NCBI GenBank assembly: GCA_016125035.1
Contig: WGMN01000016.1
Coordinates: forward strand, 1,554 to 65,553
DNA from: Pseudomonadota bacterium
Lineage (GTDB): Bacteria; Pseudomonadota; Alphaproteobacteria; UBA2136; UBA6156
Direction: 5' to 3'
DNA length: 64,000 bases
Shown here: positions 40,703 through 50,435 of the stretch, in pieces
Layout of the letters: every line of letters begins with the position of its first letter
How positions within the stretch are numbered: the first letter of the stretch is position 1
Notes under the pieces: generated by a model
Told to the model about the DNA's origin: nothing
Databases searched by the model: none
Seen by the model: only the letters and a program-made list of their open reading frames with translations
Made by a program: the position numbers and the translations under genes

Positions 40703-42751
40703 CTAACCCTTCGCCTTGCGCAACCCCAACCGCCGCCTCGTTCCTCGTTCCTCGTTCCTCGTTCCCTCTTCCTTGGCCACCACCTGCTTGCGTCCCACCC
40801 GGTCGCGCCGCACCACAACTTTCCCCGCCAGCAGGTCCTTAATCTGCTCCACATCCAGCGTCTCATGCTCCAGCAACCCCTTGGCCAGCTTGTCCAGCTC
40901 CTTGCCGTGCTTCTTCAAAATCGCCTTGCAGCGCTCAAAGTTGCGCTCCACCAATAGCTTCACTTCGTCATCCACCTTGGCCGCCATCTCCTCGCTGATC
41001 TGGCTCTTGCTGGTAATATCCCGCCCCAAAAATACTTGGCTCTCCTTCTCGCCGTAGTTAATCGGCCCCAGCTTGCTCATCCCCCACTGCATCACCATGC
41101 GCCGCGCCAGCTCGGTGGCGCGCTCAATGTCGTTGCTGGCGCCGGTGGTCTGCTGGCCGTTCAAAAACAGCTCTTCTGCCAACCGCCCGCCAAACAGCAT
41201 GGCGATCTGATTCTCCAGGTACTCCTTGCTGTAAGTGAATTTATCCTCGCTCGGCAAACTCATCGTCACACCCAGCGCCCGCCCACGGGGGATGATCGTC
41301 ACCTTGTGCAGCGGGTCCTTCTCCCCGGCCAGATAAAGGCTCGCAATCGCGTGCCCGGCCTCATGGTAGGCGGTGGTTTTCTTCTGCGCTTCGGTCATCA
41401 CCGTGCTGCGGCGCTCTGCGCCCATCATCACCTTGTCCTTGGCCATTTCAAAGTCGGCCATGTCCACCAGGCGCTTGTTAAAGCGCGCCGCCATCAGCGC
41501 CGCTTCGTTCACCAGGTTGGCCAGGTCGGCGCCGCTAAAGCCGGGCGTCCCGCGCGCGATAACACTCACATCCACATCACCGGAAACCGGTATTTTCTGG
41601 ATATGCACCGCCAAAATTTGCTCACGCCCCTTAATGTCGGGCAGCGGCACGGTCACCTGGCGGTCAAAGCGGCCGGGGCGCAGCAGCGCCGGGTCCAGCA
41701 CATCCGGCCGGTTGGTGGCGGCGATGATGATCACCCCCTCACTGGCATCAAACCCGTCCATTTCCACCAGCATGGCGTTCAGGGTCTGCTCACGCTCGTC
41801 GTTGCCGCCGCCAAGCCCGGCGCCACGGTGGCGGCCCACCGCGTCAATCTCATCAATAAAGATGATACACGGCGCATGCTTCTTGCCTGTCTCAAAAAGG
41901 TCGCGCACCCGCGCCGCGCCCACACCCACAAACATCTCCACAAAGTCACTGCCGGAAATGGAGAAGAACGGCACCCCCGCCTCACCCGCCACCGCCTTGG
42001 CCAGCAGCGTTTTGCCGGTTCCGGGGCTGCCCACCAGCAGCACACCCTTGGGCACGCGCCCGCCCAAGCGCTGGAATTTATTCGGGTCCTTCAAAAACTC
42101 CACCACTTCCTGCAATTCCTGCTTGGCCTCATCCACCCCGGCCACGTCATCAAAGCCAATCTTCACCTTGGCTTCACCCTGCATCTGCACCCGCGCCTTG
42201 CCAAAGCCGAACGGCCCGCCCGCGCCACCACCTCCTGCCCGCCCCTGCATCTGGCGCATAAAGTAGATCCATATGCCAATGAACAGCAGCCACGGCGCCC
42301 ACCCCACCAAAATCTGCAACAAGGGGCTCATTTCCGCCGGTTTCACCACCTGGATATCCACCCCCTTGGCGCGCAATTCCGCCACCAGGTCCGGGTCATT
42401 GGGCGCCAACGCCTTCACTTTGGCCTCCAACGGCTCTTTGGCTTCTTCGCTGCCCTTGGCGCGGGCAATCGCCTGTTCCAGCACGCTCAAGGTGCCTTCG
42501 GGCTTGGCCTCAACCTCCGGTTGCGGGGTTTCTTCAACCTTTTCATGCTGTTGCATCACTCCCACCAGAGTATCACCATCCATTTCCACCCGCGCAAACT
42601 GCCCGGCCTCCACCCGGCCCAAAAATTCCGAATAAGAAATTTCCGGCACTTTTTCCACCTTGCCCCCGGTCTGGTACAAGCTCACGCCGGTCAACACCGC
42701 AATAAAGATCATCGCCCAGATCAGGCCCTGCTTGAGCATCCCGTTACCCAT
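40703..42751 (-). CDS. ftsH: ATP-dependent zinc metalloprotease FtsH
   Basis: 682 aa. Walker A GSPGTGKT, second region of homology, zinc motif HEAGHA. The C-terminal tail carries a repeat insertion. Confidence 0.95.
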   Translation of the reverse strand: MGNGMLKQGLIWAMIFIAVLTGVSLYQTGGKVEKVPEISYSEFLGRVEAGQFARVEMDGDTLVGVMQQHEKVEETPQPEVEAKPEGTLSVLEQAIARAKGSEEAKEPLEAKVKALAPNDPDLVAELRAKGVDIQVVKPAEMSPLLQILVGWAPWLLFIGIWIYFMRQMQGRAGGGGAGGPFGFGKARVQMQGEAKVKIGFDDVAGVDEAKQELQEVVEFLKDPNKFQRLGGRVPKGVLLVGSPGTGKTLLAKAVAGEAGVPFFSISGSDFVEMFVGVGAARVRDLFETGKKHAPCIIFIDEIDAVGRHRGAGLGGGNDEREQTLNAMLVEMDGFDASEGVIIIAATNRPDVLDPALLRPGRFDRQVTVPLPDIKGREQILAVHIQKIPVSGDVDVSVIARGTPGFSGADLANLVNEAALMAARFNKRLVDMADFEMAKDKVMMGAERRSTVMTEAQKKTTAYHEAGHAIASLYLAGEKDPLHKVTIIPRGRALGVTMSLPSEDKFTYSKEYLENQIAMLFGGRLAEELFLNGQQTTGASNDIERATELARRMVMQWGMSKLGPINYGEKESQVFLGRDITSKSQISEEMAAKVDDEVKLLVERNFERCKAILKKHGKELDKLAKGLLEHETLDVEQIKDLLAGKVVVRRDRVGRKQVVAKEEGTRNEERGTRRRLGLRKAKG
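40736..40766. repeat. heptamer tandem repeat CCTCGTT x4 (coding sense GGAACGA), in frame in the ftsH C-terminal tail
   Basis: cctcgttcctcgttcctcgttcctcgttccc encodes [13 protein letters not shown]. Confidence 0.9.
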
Positions 42752-43043
42752 GAAATATCAATACCTTACGTGTAGTTACCATCCTTCCCCCACCCTACCA
42801 CCGCCAAGCCGCCCCCCGCAAGGAAAACCGCCACCAACCCGCTCTCCCTTCCCACCTCCACTTGCCCATTCCCCTCCCCCGTCAGCCCCTTGTAAACCCC
42901 GCATCCACCCCCCATCTCATAATGAAGTAAGCCCCATCCGGGGCCCGGCTTTCTGTAAACTGGAAGCGGGCCTCACCTCCCGCTTCTCCCGTAAACCCGG
43001 CGCGGCCGCACTCACGCGGCCACCAACAGCCTAGGAGGCTTTC

Positions 43044-43349
43044 ATGCGTCGCATCTCTCTCGCCCTCGTCGCCTTCGTGTTCGCTGCCCTCATCAACGGC
43101 GGCACTCCGGCCAAGGCCGAGTGCATCCAGAAGTTGTTCACTGATCGTAACGGCAACGTCGTCGGCACCGGCAAGGTCAAATGCCGGGTCTACCCCGGCT
43201 ACGCGGCCCCCGCCCCGACCCCGCTGCCGCCGATGGGCGGCTACGGCGCTTACGGCTACGGCTATCAGCCGCACCACGACAACGACGCCGCCGCTTTCGG
43301 CGGCTTCGCCCTGGGCCTGATGCTCGGCGCCGCCGCTGCCGGCCACTAA
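43044..43349 (+). CDS. small secreted Gly/Tyr-rich protein with a C-terminal glycine-zipper segment
   Basis: 101 aa with AGGAGG Shine-Dalgarno and signal peptide MRRISLALVAFVFAALINGGTPAKA. Contains GGYGAYGYGY and GGFALGLMLGAAAAG. Confidence 0.6.
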   Translation: MRRISLALVAFVFAALINGGTPAKAECIQKLFTDRNGNVVGTGKVKCRVYPGYAAPAPTPLPPMGGYGAYGYGYQPHHDNDAAAFGGFALGLMLGAAAAGH

Positions 43350-43514
43350 CCGCACGATCCCCCCCGGGGGGAACCAATGTCCCGCTCCGGCGGGACATTG
43401 TGTTTTTCCACCCTTGCCAAACCCCATTTCCCGGCATAGTGTACACACAATCCTACCCGCCACCAGAAGCGGGATCCCCCCATATCGTTTAAGCGCCCAT
43501 CATAAGGAGACACC

Positions 43515-44132
43515 GTGATGCGCTGGATTATCAACTGTGCCCTCATCGGCGGGTTGCTGCTCAATGCCGCCACCCTTGGCCCCCTGGCTTACGGTGTCGC
43601 CATGCTGGTCGTCAGCATTGCCGACGCCCAGGCGCAGGAATCGCCGGACGAGCCGATGCTCCAGGTGTGGAGCCAAAGCCAACGGGCCTGGGTGCTCATC
43701 CCGCTCAGCCAGTTTCTGGCCCTGCGCGAGCAACCCCGGTCCACCGGAGAAGACCCGCCGCCCTTCTTCTATGGCGACGCTTCCTACGGCTACGGCTATA
43801 CCGAAGAGCCGGAGGTCTATCCCTACCAGGAGGGTCCAACTCCGTTCTTCTACGGCAACCAGGGCTACCGCCCCAACGGCCGTGCTCGCGGCGGGCGGCC
43901 GCCCTTCAACAACGGCGCGGCGGCCGCTCCACCTCCACAGGTGCAGCAACCGGGCGGGCAGGGAGGCGGCAACCGGCGGCACAACCGCCCGGCGCTCCAG
44001 CCTCCCACCGGGCAAGACCGCTGGGGCCAACAGGTGTGGACCCCCCGCCCACCAACCCATAACGGCGGCGGCGGCTCCCGCCCCCCCGCCCGCAACAATG
44101 GCGGCGGCGGTGGGCGCCACCACCACCACTAA
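43515..44132 (+). CDS. low-complexity Pro/Gly/Tyr-rich membrane or secreted protein ending in RHHHH
   Basis: 205 aa with AAGGAG Shine-Dalgarno and a hydrophobic N-terminus. Contains a YGYGY motif and a natural C-terminal His4. Confidence 0.5.
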   Translation: MMRWIINCALIGGLLLNAATLGPLAYGVAMLVVSIADAQAQESPDEPMLQVWSQSQRAWVLIPLSQFLALREQPRSTGEDPPPFFYGDASYGYGYTEEPEVYPYQEGPTPFFYGNQGYRPNGRARGGRPPFNNGAAAAPPPQVQQPGGQGGGNRRHNRPALQPPTGQDRWGQQVWTPRPPTHNGGGGSRPPARNNGGGGGRHHHH

Positions 44133-44185
44133 GCACAAGCGGCCATTCCCTCTCGGGGCAATGGCCGCTTCGCTGTTGGGGCGGC

Positions 44186-45181
44186 TTACTCCTCCTCCGC
44201 GCGCAAACTGGCCTTATCCCAGATAAACTTCACCCCGCCCAGCGTCGCCACCCCTTTGTCATGGCCCCTCACCCGCTCCAGCAGCGCCAACCTCTTGCCG
44301 GTGCGCGGCACCATCTTGCCGTCCTCCTCGGCATCCCCCAACCACAACACCCGCTCCAATACCCGCAACGCCACTTCTTCCGGCGCGGCCAGCAACGCCG
44401 CCCGGTCAACCGCCAACCTGGCAAGGCCGCGCTGCACATGCTCACTCCAAAAGTCATTGGCGGTGGCATTCAACGCCTTGTTGGCCCGGCTCAAGGCACC
44501 AATGCTCGCCGCCACCGCCTCTTCCTCGATCCCCGCCTGGGCCAGCGCCGGCAACAACTTGCGCACCCGCGCCCGCTGGTTCTCACCCGCCGCATCATGC
44601 GGGTCATCCAGCCAGGGTTGGCGCAATGTCTTCAAATACGCCCGCAACTGCTCCCTCCCCACCCCCAGCAGCGGCCGCCAGATGCACTTGCCCGGCACAC
44701 CGTACATCGGCCTAAAGCCCATCCCCGCCAACCCCGCAACCCCACTGCCCTTGCCCAGCCGCATCAGCAAACTCTCCATCATATCCGTGCGGGTGTGCGC
44801 CATCATCACCCCTTGCAACCCCCGCGCCGCCACTTCGCCCATTAACCACTCCCGCCGCCCCAACCGCGCCTTGGCCTCGGCGTTGGTTTTGGGCTTGCCC
44901 TGCCCCTGCCCCACCACCAGCTCCACCTTCAACTTCTTGCACAACGCCACCACAAAGGCCTCGGCCTCATCACCCCACTTGCTCCATTTGTGGTTGTAGT
45001 GGCCCACCACAATGCGTTTGCCGTAACCCTCCGCCACCAGCAATTTCAGCAGCGCCACGCTGTCGCCGCCACCACTCACGCCCACCAGCCAACGCTTTTT
45101 ACCCGCAAACCCGGCCTTCAGCGCCGCCCTTGCCTCTTTTTGCCAATCCTTGCCCACCTGCTGCCCCTTTGTGGCCTTCAT
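44186..45181 (-). CDS. tilS: tRNA(Ile)-lysidine synthase
   Basis: 331 aa with PP-loop VGVSGGGDSVALL. Lies at the conserved position between cpoB and ftsH. Confidence 0.8.
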   Translation of the reverse strand: MKATKGQQVGKDWQKEARAALKAGFAGKKRWLVGVSGGGDSVALLKLLVAEGYGKRIVVGHYNHKWSKWGDEAEAFVVALCKKLKVELVVGQGQGKPKTNAEAKARLGRREWLMGEVAARGLQGVMMAHTRTDMMESLLMRLGKGSGVAGLAGMGFRPMYGVPGKCIWRPLLGVGREQLRAYLKTLRQPWLDDPHDAAGENQRARVRKLLPALAQAGIEEEAVAASIGALSRANKALNATANDFWSEHVQRGLARLAVDRAALLAAPEEVALRVLERVLWLGDAEEDGKMVPRTGKRLALLERVRGHDKGVATLGGVKFIWDKASLRAEEE

Positions 45182-45220
45182 TTGTGCATATTCGCCGCTA
45201 TCCGCAGCGTTTCGCCGCCT

Positions 45221-46111
45221 TTAGCCGGCCTTTTTCGCCAGCGCCATCTTGTCCTTGGCGCGCGTGGCCTCCTGGCTCTTGGGGTAGTCGCGTACCAGCT
45301 TTTCCCACGCGGCCTTGGCCAGCTCAGGCTTCTTCAACTGCTCCAGCGCCACCCCCATTTTAAACAGGTTTCCCGGCGCTTTCGCCCCCTGCGGAAAAGC
45401 CTGCAACCCGTTCCTAAAGCTCACCACCGCCCCGGCCGGATTGTTCTGCACCAGCTGCGTCTCACCCAGCCAATACCAGGCGTTATCCGCCAATTTGTCC
45501 TTCGGGTAGCGCTTAAGGAATTCACTCAACCACGCCTCCGCATTGGTGTAATCGGTGGCGGTTAAATAGGCATAGGCTTTGTTGTAAAGGTCGGTGGCCT
45601 TCAACCCGGCAGGAACAGGCTCAGCGGTTTTTTTTTCAGCCGGCGCCGTGGCCTCGCCACTTCCGGCACTCAGCGTCACATCCTTGGGCCCGGCGGCGGG
45701 GCTGGCTGCGGCCACCGGCGGCGCGGGCTGTTCTTGCAACTTGGTCACCTTGGCTTCCAGATCGCTCAGCCGAAGGTCCATGTCCTTGGTGTAATCGTCA
45801 AATCTCTTGGCCAGCTTCTCAATGGCAAACTGCATGCGCTCATTGGCGCCGTTGCCCTGGCTCATCTCACGTTCCAGCTCGGCCATGCGGTTTTCCATAT
45901 CCGCCACCGCGTAGGGGCTGGCACTGGTGGTGGCGCCGGTATTCAAGCTGCTGCGGCCTTCCACGGCACGCAGACGTGTCTCCAGCGATTCCAGCCGCTT
46001 GGTTAAACTGGCTGCATCAACGCTAACCGCCTGCGCCCATCCGGCGGTTGAAGCAAAGGTGCCAAGCACACTCACTCCAACCAGCACAAACAGGTGCAGG
46101 CGGTTTAGCAT
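45221..46111 (-). CDS. cpoB: Tol-Pal system protein CpoB/YbgF
   Basis: Signal peptide, coiled-coil region and C-terminal TPR-like repeats (YNKAYAYL...AWYWLGETQ...). Directly downstream of pal. Confidence 0.8.
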   Translation of the reverse strand: MLNRLHLFVLVGVSVLGTFASTAGWAQAVSVDAASLTKRLESLETRLRAVEGRSSLNTGATTSASPYAVADMENRMAELEREMSQGNGANERMQFAIEKLAKRFDDYTKDMDLRLSDLEAKVTKLQEQPAPPVAAASPAAGPKDVTLSAGSGEATAPAEKKTAEPVPAGLKATDLYNKAYAYLTATDYTNAEAWLSEFLKRYPKDKLADNAWYWLGETQLVQNNPAGAVVSFRNGLQAFPQGAKAPGNLFKMGVALEQLKKPELAKAAWEKLVRDYPKSQEATRAKDKMALAKKAG

Positions 46112-46124
46112 CGTCTCGTGTTAA

Positions 46125-46652
46125 CTATTGCAGAACGATAACGCCGCGGCGGTTCTTCGCCCAGGCAGCTTCGTCGTGCCCATCAACAGCCGGGCGTTCC
46201 TTGCCGTAGCTGATGGTGGTGATGTTGGCCGGGTTCATGCCCAGGCCCACCAGGTACTTCTTCACCGCAACGGCGCGACGGTCGCCCAGCGCCAGGTTGT
46301 ATTCGCGGGTACCACGTTCATCGCAGTGGCCTTCAATGGTCACGCCGGCAACGTTGTTTTCCTTGGCCCAGCTCGAGAACTTGCTCAAGGTGCCTTCGGC
46401 GTCGCTGCGGATGGCGGCACTGTCGTAGTCAAAGTAGACAATGTTAAAGCCACCGGCCACAAACTGTTGTTGGAACTGGTCCTTCACGCCACCAGCGTTG
46501 GGGCTGCCGGCCATGCCTTTGCCGTACGCGCCTTCGCCGTACTTGCTCTTGCTCATAACAGGGGCCACATCCAGGTCGGGGCTCTTCAGGCACGAGCAAG
46601 CGCTCAGCGCCGCCACAACGGCCAGAAGACCAGCTTTCATCGGGAGCTTCAT
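46125..46652 (-). CDS. pal: peptidoglycan-associated lipoprotein Pal (OmpA-like domain)
   Basis: Lipobox LSACS. OmpA_C motifs FDYDSAAIR, EGHCDERGTREYNLALGDRRA, NRRGVI. Confidence 0.9.
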   Translation of the reverse strand: MKLPMKAGLLAVVAALSACSCLKSPDLDVAPVMSKSKYGEGAYGKGMAGSPNAGGVKDQFQQQFVAGGFNIVYFDYDSAAIRSDAEGTLSKFSSWAKENNVAGVTIEGHCDERGTREYNLALGDRRAVAVKKYLVGLGMNPANITTISYGKERPAVDGHDEAAWAKNRRGVIVLQ

Positions 46653-46813
46653 CGGTATTATCCTTTTCGTTTTAATTCGTTTGCCAAAGGTGATTGGTCA
46701 GCCGCAGTACTCCTGCAAGCGCCTAAACCTTAGCATTCCCCTCAAGTGCCGCAACTGAAATCATATCGTATGCATAACTTTGCCGCACCATCACGGTAAC
46801 TTATAAATCCCCT

Positions 46814-46854
46814 GTTGCGGCGCCGCAACCAAAAAGGGGGCTTGCCCCCCTTTT
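46814..46854 (-). terminator. twin hairpins terminating icd
   Basis: 16-nt perfect palindrome gttgcggcgccgcaac, plus aaaaagggggc-ttg-cccccctttt with a T-run on the minus strand. Confidence 0.65.
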
Positions 46855-46936
46855 CTCCTTACAATCACCTTACACGGCAAAAACCCTCTATACTCTGGTT
46901 ATACCCGGGCTCTTTTCCTTAAGGGTTTCTTAACAC

Positions 46937-48376
46937 TTATTTGCCGCTAAAACCGGGCACATGGTCAAAGGTGTAAAGGTTCTCCACCATCACCCATTCC
47001 AACCCCAGCGCTTCCAGGTTGTGCAGCACATTCCTTATGTCGGCCACCGCCACATCGCCTTCACCCCCCATAAAGCGGCAGGCCCACAGGTCGGTCACCG
47101 GCGCCACTTCCGGCTTAACGGGATAAATCTGCATGCCCCTGCTGCTCACCATCTTCAGCGGCAGGCGGGCGGTGCCGCACTGCTCCACACGGGCGCCCAG
47201 GCCTTCCACTTCGCCGTCAAAGTCCACAAACACATCCACCCCGGTCAAACGCTTCACGCGCACACTCTGCGTGGTGTCCTCCGGGCGCGGCAACACCACC
47301 GGCCTGCCATTGCCTTTTTCAAAGGGCTTCAATTTGCTCGGCACCTTGCCCAGGTTGGCGGCCACCGCCTCGCCAAACTGGCTGGTAGAGAGCGCGCTCT
47401 TCTTATCCTTGGCAATGTCACCTGTGTGCTGCCCGGCCTCCAGGGTGTAAAGCAAGGCGTTGCCCAACTTGGCCGCCGCCTCGCTCTGCCCAATGTGGTA
47501 AAGCATCAGCACCGCGGCATTAATCAACCCGCTGGGGTTGGCAATGCCCTTGCCTGCAATGTCCGGCGCACTGCCGTGCACCGCCTCAAACATGGCGCAA
47601 CCGTGGCCGATGTTCATGCTCCCCGCCAGCCCCACGCTGCCGCTCACCTGGCTGGCAATATCGCTCACAATGTCGCCGTAAAGGTTCTCTGTCACCACCA
47701 CGTCAAAGCGCTCGGGGGTGTCGGCAATGCGCGCCATGCCAATGTCCACGATCAAGCTGTCGGCGGTAATGTCGGGGTACTCCTTGGCGATCAGGTCAAA
47801 CACCTGGTGGAACAACCCGTCGGTGATCTTCATAATGTTGTCCTTCACCAGGCAGGTCACCTTTTTGCGGCCGTTGGTGCGGGCATACTCAAAGGCGTAA
47901 CGCACGATCAACTCCACCCCGGTGCGTGAAATCAACTTCAACCCATGGCAGGTGTCGCGCGTCTGACGGTACTCAATGCCCGCATAAAGGCTCTCTTCGT
48001 TCTCGCGCACGATCACCATATCCACACCCTGGTGCTTGCTGCTCACAAACCCGTCGTAGGTGCGCACCGGGCGCACGTTGGCAAACTGGCCAAAGGCCTT
48101 GCGCATGGTCACGTTCACGCTGCGGTAACCGCCACCCTGCGGGGTGGTGATAGGCGCCTTCAAAAACAACTTGCTCTTGCGGATGCTCTCCCACGCATGG
48201 GGCTCAATCCCGTCCATGATGCCGCGCTTGAAAACATCCTCCCCCACCTCCACAAAGTCGTACTCCAACCGGGCCCCCACGGCCTCCAGCAACTTCAGCG
48301 TCACCTCCATAATTTCGGGGCCGATGCCATTCCCCCGCGCCACCGTCACCAAAGTCTTCGCCGCATTCGTCGCCAT
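46937..48376 (-). CDS. icd: isocitrate dehydrogenase (isocitrate/isopropylmalate dehydrogenase family, long ~480-aa form)
   Basis: 479 aa. Motifs GNGIGPEI, VRENEESLYAG, NLYGDIVSD, GSAPDIAGKGIANP, plus a C-terminal extension. Confidence 0.85.
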   Translation of the reverse strand: MATNAAKTLVTVARGNGIGPEIMEVTLKLLEAVGARLEYDFVEVGEDVFKRGIMDGIEPHAWESIRKSKLFLKAPITTPQGGGYRSVNVTMRKAFGQFANVRPVRTYDGFVSSKHQGVDMVIVRENEESLYAGIEYRQTRDTCHGLKLISRTGVELIVRYAFEYARTNGRKKVTCLVKDNIMKITDGLFHQVFDLIAKEYPDITADSLIVDIGMARIADTPERFDVVVTENLYGDIVSDIASQVSGSVGLAGSMNIGHGCAMFEAVHGSAPDIAGKGIANPSGLINAAVLMLYHIGQSEAAAKLGNALLYTLEAGQHTGDIAKDKKSALSTSQFGEAVAANLGKVPSKLKPFEKGNGRPVVLPRPEDTTQSVRVKRLTGVDVFVDFDGEVEGLGARVEQCGTARLPLKMVSSRGMQIYPVKPEVAPVTDLWACRFMGGEGDVAVADIRNVLHNLEALGLEWVMVENLYTFDHVPGFSGK

Positions 48377-48551
48377 GTTTCAAAACCTCAAACCTGTTTT
48401 TAATCTTGTTATTTCTCACCATAGCAAATCCCCCGCGCCCGCGCGCGCAAATCATAAACCCTGCAAACCTTTTATATTCCCCGCGTGTCGCCGCCCCCAC
48501 AAACACAAACAAGGGCGAGAGGAATCATCCCCCCGCCCCGCAACGCCAAAG

Positions 48552-48953
48552 TCAGTCTTCAAGCTTCAGCAATTGAATGCCCACCAGGTTAGAGTCCGTC
48601 CTTCCGTAAGGCTTAAAACCAAGCGGCGTGGCGCGGATGTAAAACCCGTCGCACAGAGGCCGGAACAAAAAGAGATCGTAACTCACGCTGACAATCCCCA
48701 ACGTCGCCGGTTCATGGGTAAGGAAGTAAAAGAAGCCCTCCCCTTTCCGAGGCTGTGGGTCTACCTCCTTGCGGCTCACCACCTGCACGCCAAGTTCCAA
48801 CAGGTAGCTTCCAAAGGCGGGGATGAGCTCTCGCTCAACCCATTCCCCCATCAAGGTGCTGAAGTATTCCTTCACCAGCTCCTCGCTCACCGGAAACGCG
48901 GGCAAGTTGCTGGTGAACGTAACCGTAATCTTCTCTTTAAGCTCGGCCATCAC
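48552..48953 (-). CDS. hypothetical protein
   Basis: 133 aa with GGGAGG Shine-Dalgarno. Upstream TTGCCG-17-TATACA promoter-like sequence at about 49000-49035. Confidence 0.5.
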   Translation of the reverse strand: MMAELKEKITVTFTSNLPAFPVSEELVKEYFSTLMGEWVERELIPAFGSYLLELGVQVVSRKEVDPQPRKGEGFFYFLTHEPATLGIVSVSYDLFLFRPLCDGFYIRATPLGFKPYGRTDSNLVGIQLLKLED

Positions 48954-49039
48954 GGCCTCCCTCGTTCGCCGGTCATACCGGCCCCAAAACGCAATTATTC
49001 CGCCACATGTATACCCTTCCGAACACCTTCCGGCAAGCC

Positions 49040-50338
49040 CTAAAGGCCGCTCCTCCCATCCTCCACCGGCCCACTCCCCTCCGGCCCCACCAGCGGCTCC
49101 GCCCTGGGCACAAACTTCAGCTGCGGCAACGGCTGGCCACGCTGGTACCAGGCCGAGTTCGGGTCGTAATTCCCCTGCGGCGTGTCGCTGTCTTCATTGG
49201 CAAAGGGGTCCACCCGCACCGGCTGGCCGTTGCCGGGCACGGTGGCGTCCTGGCCGCCCTGCACCGCCGGCGTGGGCACCGGCGCCACACCGGGGGCGGG
49301 CTGCACCGGCTGGGCCTGCAAGGTCTCGCGGGCTTTCTCCAGCTTCTGGCCTTCCTCGCCCTGGACCTGGGTCTTGGCGCGTTTTTCCACGTCGCGGGTC
49401 AACGCTTCGGCCTTGTTGTAGGCATCAAAGTTGCTCGGCGCCATGCTCTTGCCCCGCGTGGCGTCTTCTCCTTCGGGGATCAAACTCTGGCTCACCACCG
49501 GCAGCGGCACGATCGGCTTGATGCTCTCCGGCGCGGGCGCGGTGTTCAACTCGGCCGGCAAAGCCTTGCGCAACACATTGTCTTCCACCGGCCCGGCGGG
49601 CGCGCTGGGCGGCACGGCCAGGCCTTCGCCGCCAACCCGCGCGGGCACGGCACCGGGCGGCGGCAACACCACCGGGGCGCTGTTGGTCACGGGGGTCCAC
49701 TTGGTTTCCGGGCTGGGGGCCATAATCGGTTTGTAGGCTTCTTCCTCCAGCAAGCCTGCGCCGCTCGGCACCGGCGCGGGCAGGTCTTTTTGCTCGCTCA
49801 CCGCCATGCCCTTCACCCCCACCAGCGTGCGGCCGTTGCCGGTCACGTCCAGCTCGCGCATCGCGTACTGGCCCTTGTCGCTCAAACTCACTTTCACATC
49901 CACCGCGCTGCCTCCCCAGCGGCGGGCGCCGTCATCCCAAAAGGCCTGCAACACCTGGCCGGAAATACTCGCCGGTACAAAGCGGCTCACCACAAAGGTC
50001 AAAAACTGCTGGGCGATCATCGCCTCGCCCGCATTGGGGTTCACACTGGGCTTCCAGTCGCGGTACATCAACTTCACTTCGCCCACACCATCTGCCATGC
50101 CATCGGGCTTGTTCAAAAACAGGCTCACAGTGGCAAAGGTTCCGCCCTTGCACAAAAAGTCGTAACGCCCGCCGGCAAAGGTGCCGCCCACGCTGATCCA
50201 CTTGCACGGCAACTGCTTGCTCACTGCCAGTTGCTCGGCCTGATAGGTGGTGAAGGGGATAACCCCGCCCTGCGCCAAAGCCGCCCCCGGCACAGCCAGT
50301 GCCAGGCACAAAAGGGGCAAACCGCGGGTAAGCTTCAT
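49040..50338 (-). CDS. secreted hypothetical protein with a Pro-rich C-terminal half
   Basis: 432 aa with signal peptide MKLTRGLPLLCLALAVPGAALAQG. Confidence 0.55.
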   Translation of the reverse strand: MKLTRGLPLLCLALAVPGAALAQGGVIPFTTYQAEQLAVSKQLPCKWISVGGTFAGGRYDFLCKGGTFATVSLFLNKPDGMADGVGEVKLMYRDWKPSVNPNAGEAMIAQQFLTFVVSRFVPASISGQVLQAFWDDGARRWGGSAVDVKVSLSDKGQYAMRELDVTGNGRTLVGVKGMAVSEQKDLPAPVPSGAGLLEEEAYKPIMAPSPETKWTPVTNSAPVVLPPPGAVPARVGGEGLAVPPSAPAGPVEDNVLRKALPAELNTAPAPESIKPIVPLPVVSQSLIPEGEDATRGKSMAPSNFDAYNKAEALTRDVEKRAKTQVQGEEGQKLEKARETLQAQPVQPAPGVAPVPTPAVQGGQDATVPGNGQPVRVDPFANEDSDTPQGNYDPNSAWYQRGQPLPQLKFVPRAEPLVGPEGSGPVEDGRSGL

Positions 50339-50356
50339 CGCCGCCCAGCTTACGGC

Positions 50357-50380
50357 AAAAGGGGGGCCAAAGCCCCCTTC
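50357..50380 (-). terminator. intrinsic terminator of alaS
   Basis: On the minus strand: aagggggc-tttg-gcccccctttt. Confidence 0.65.
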
Positions 50381-50435
50381 CGCGCAGCCTTTGCGTCACA
50401 CCCTGTTGCGGCTCGGCAGCAACCCTGCCTACCCT

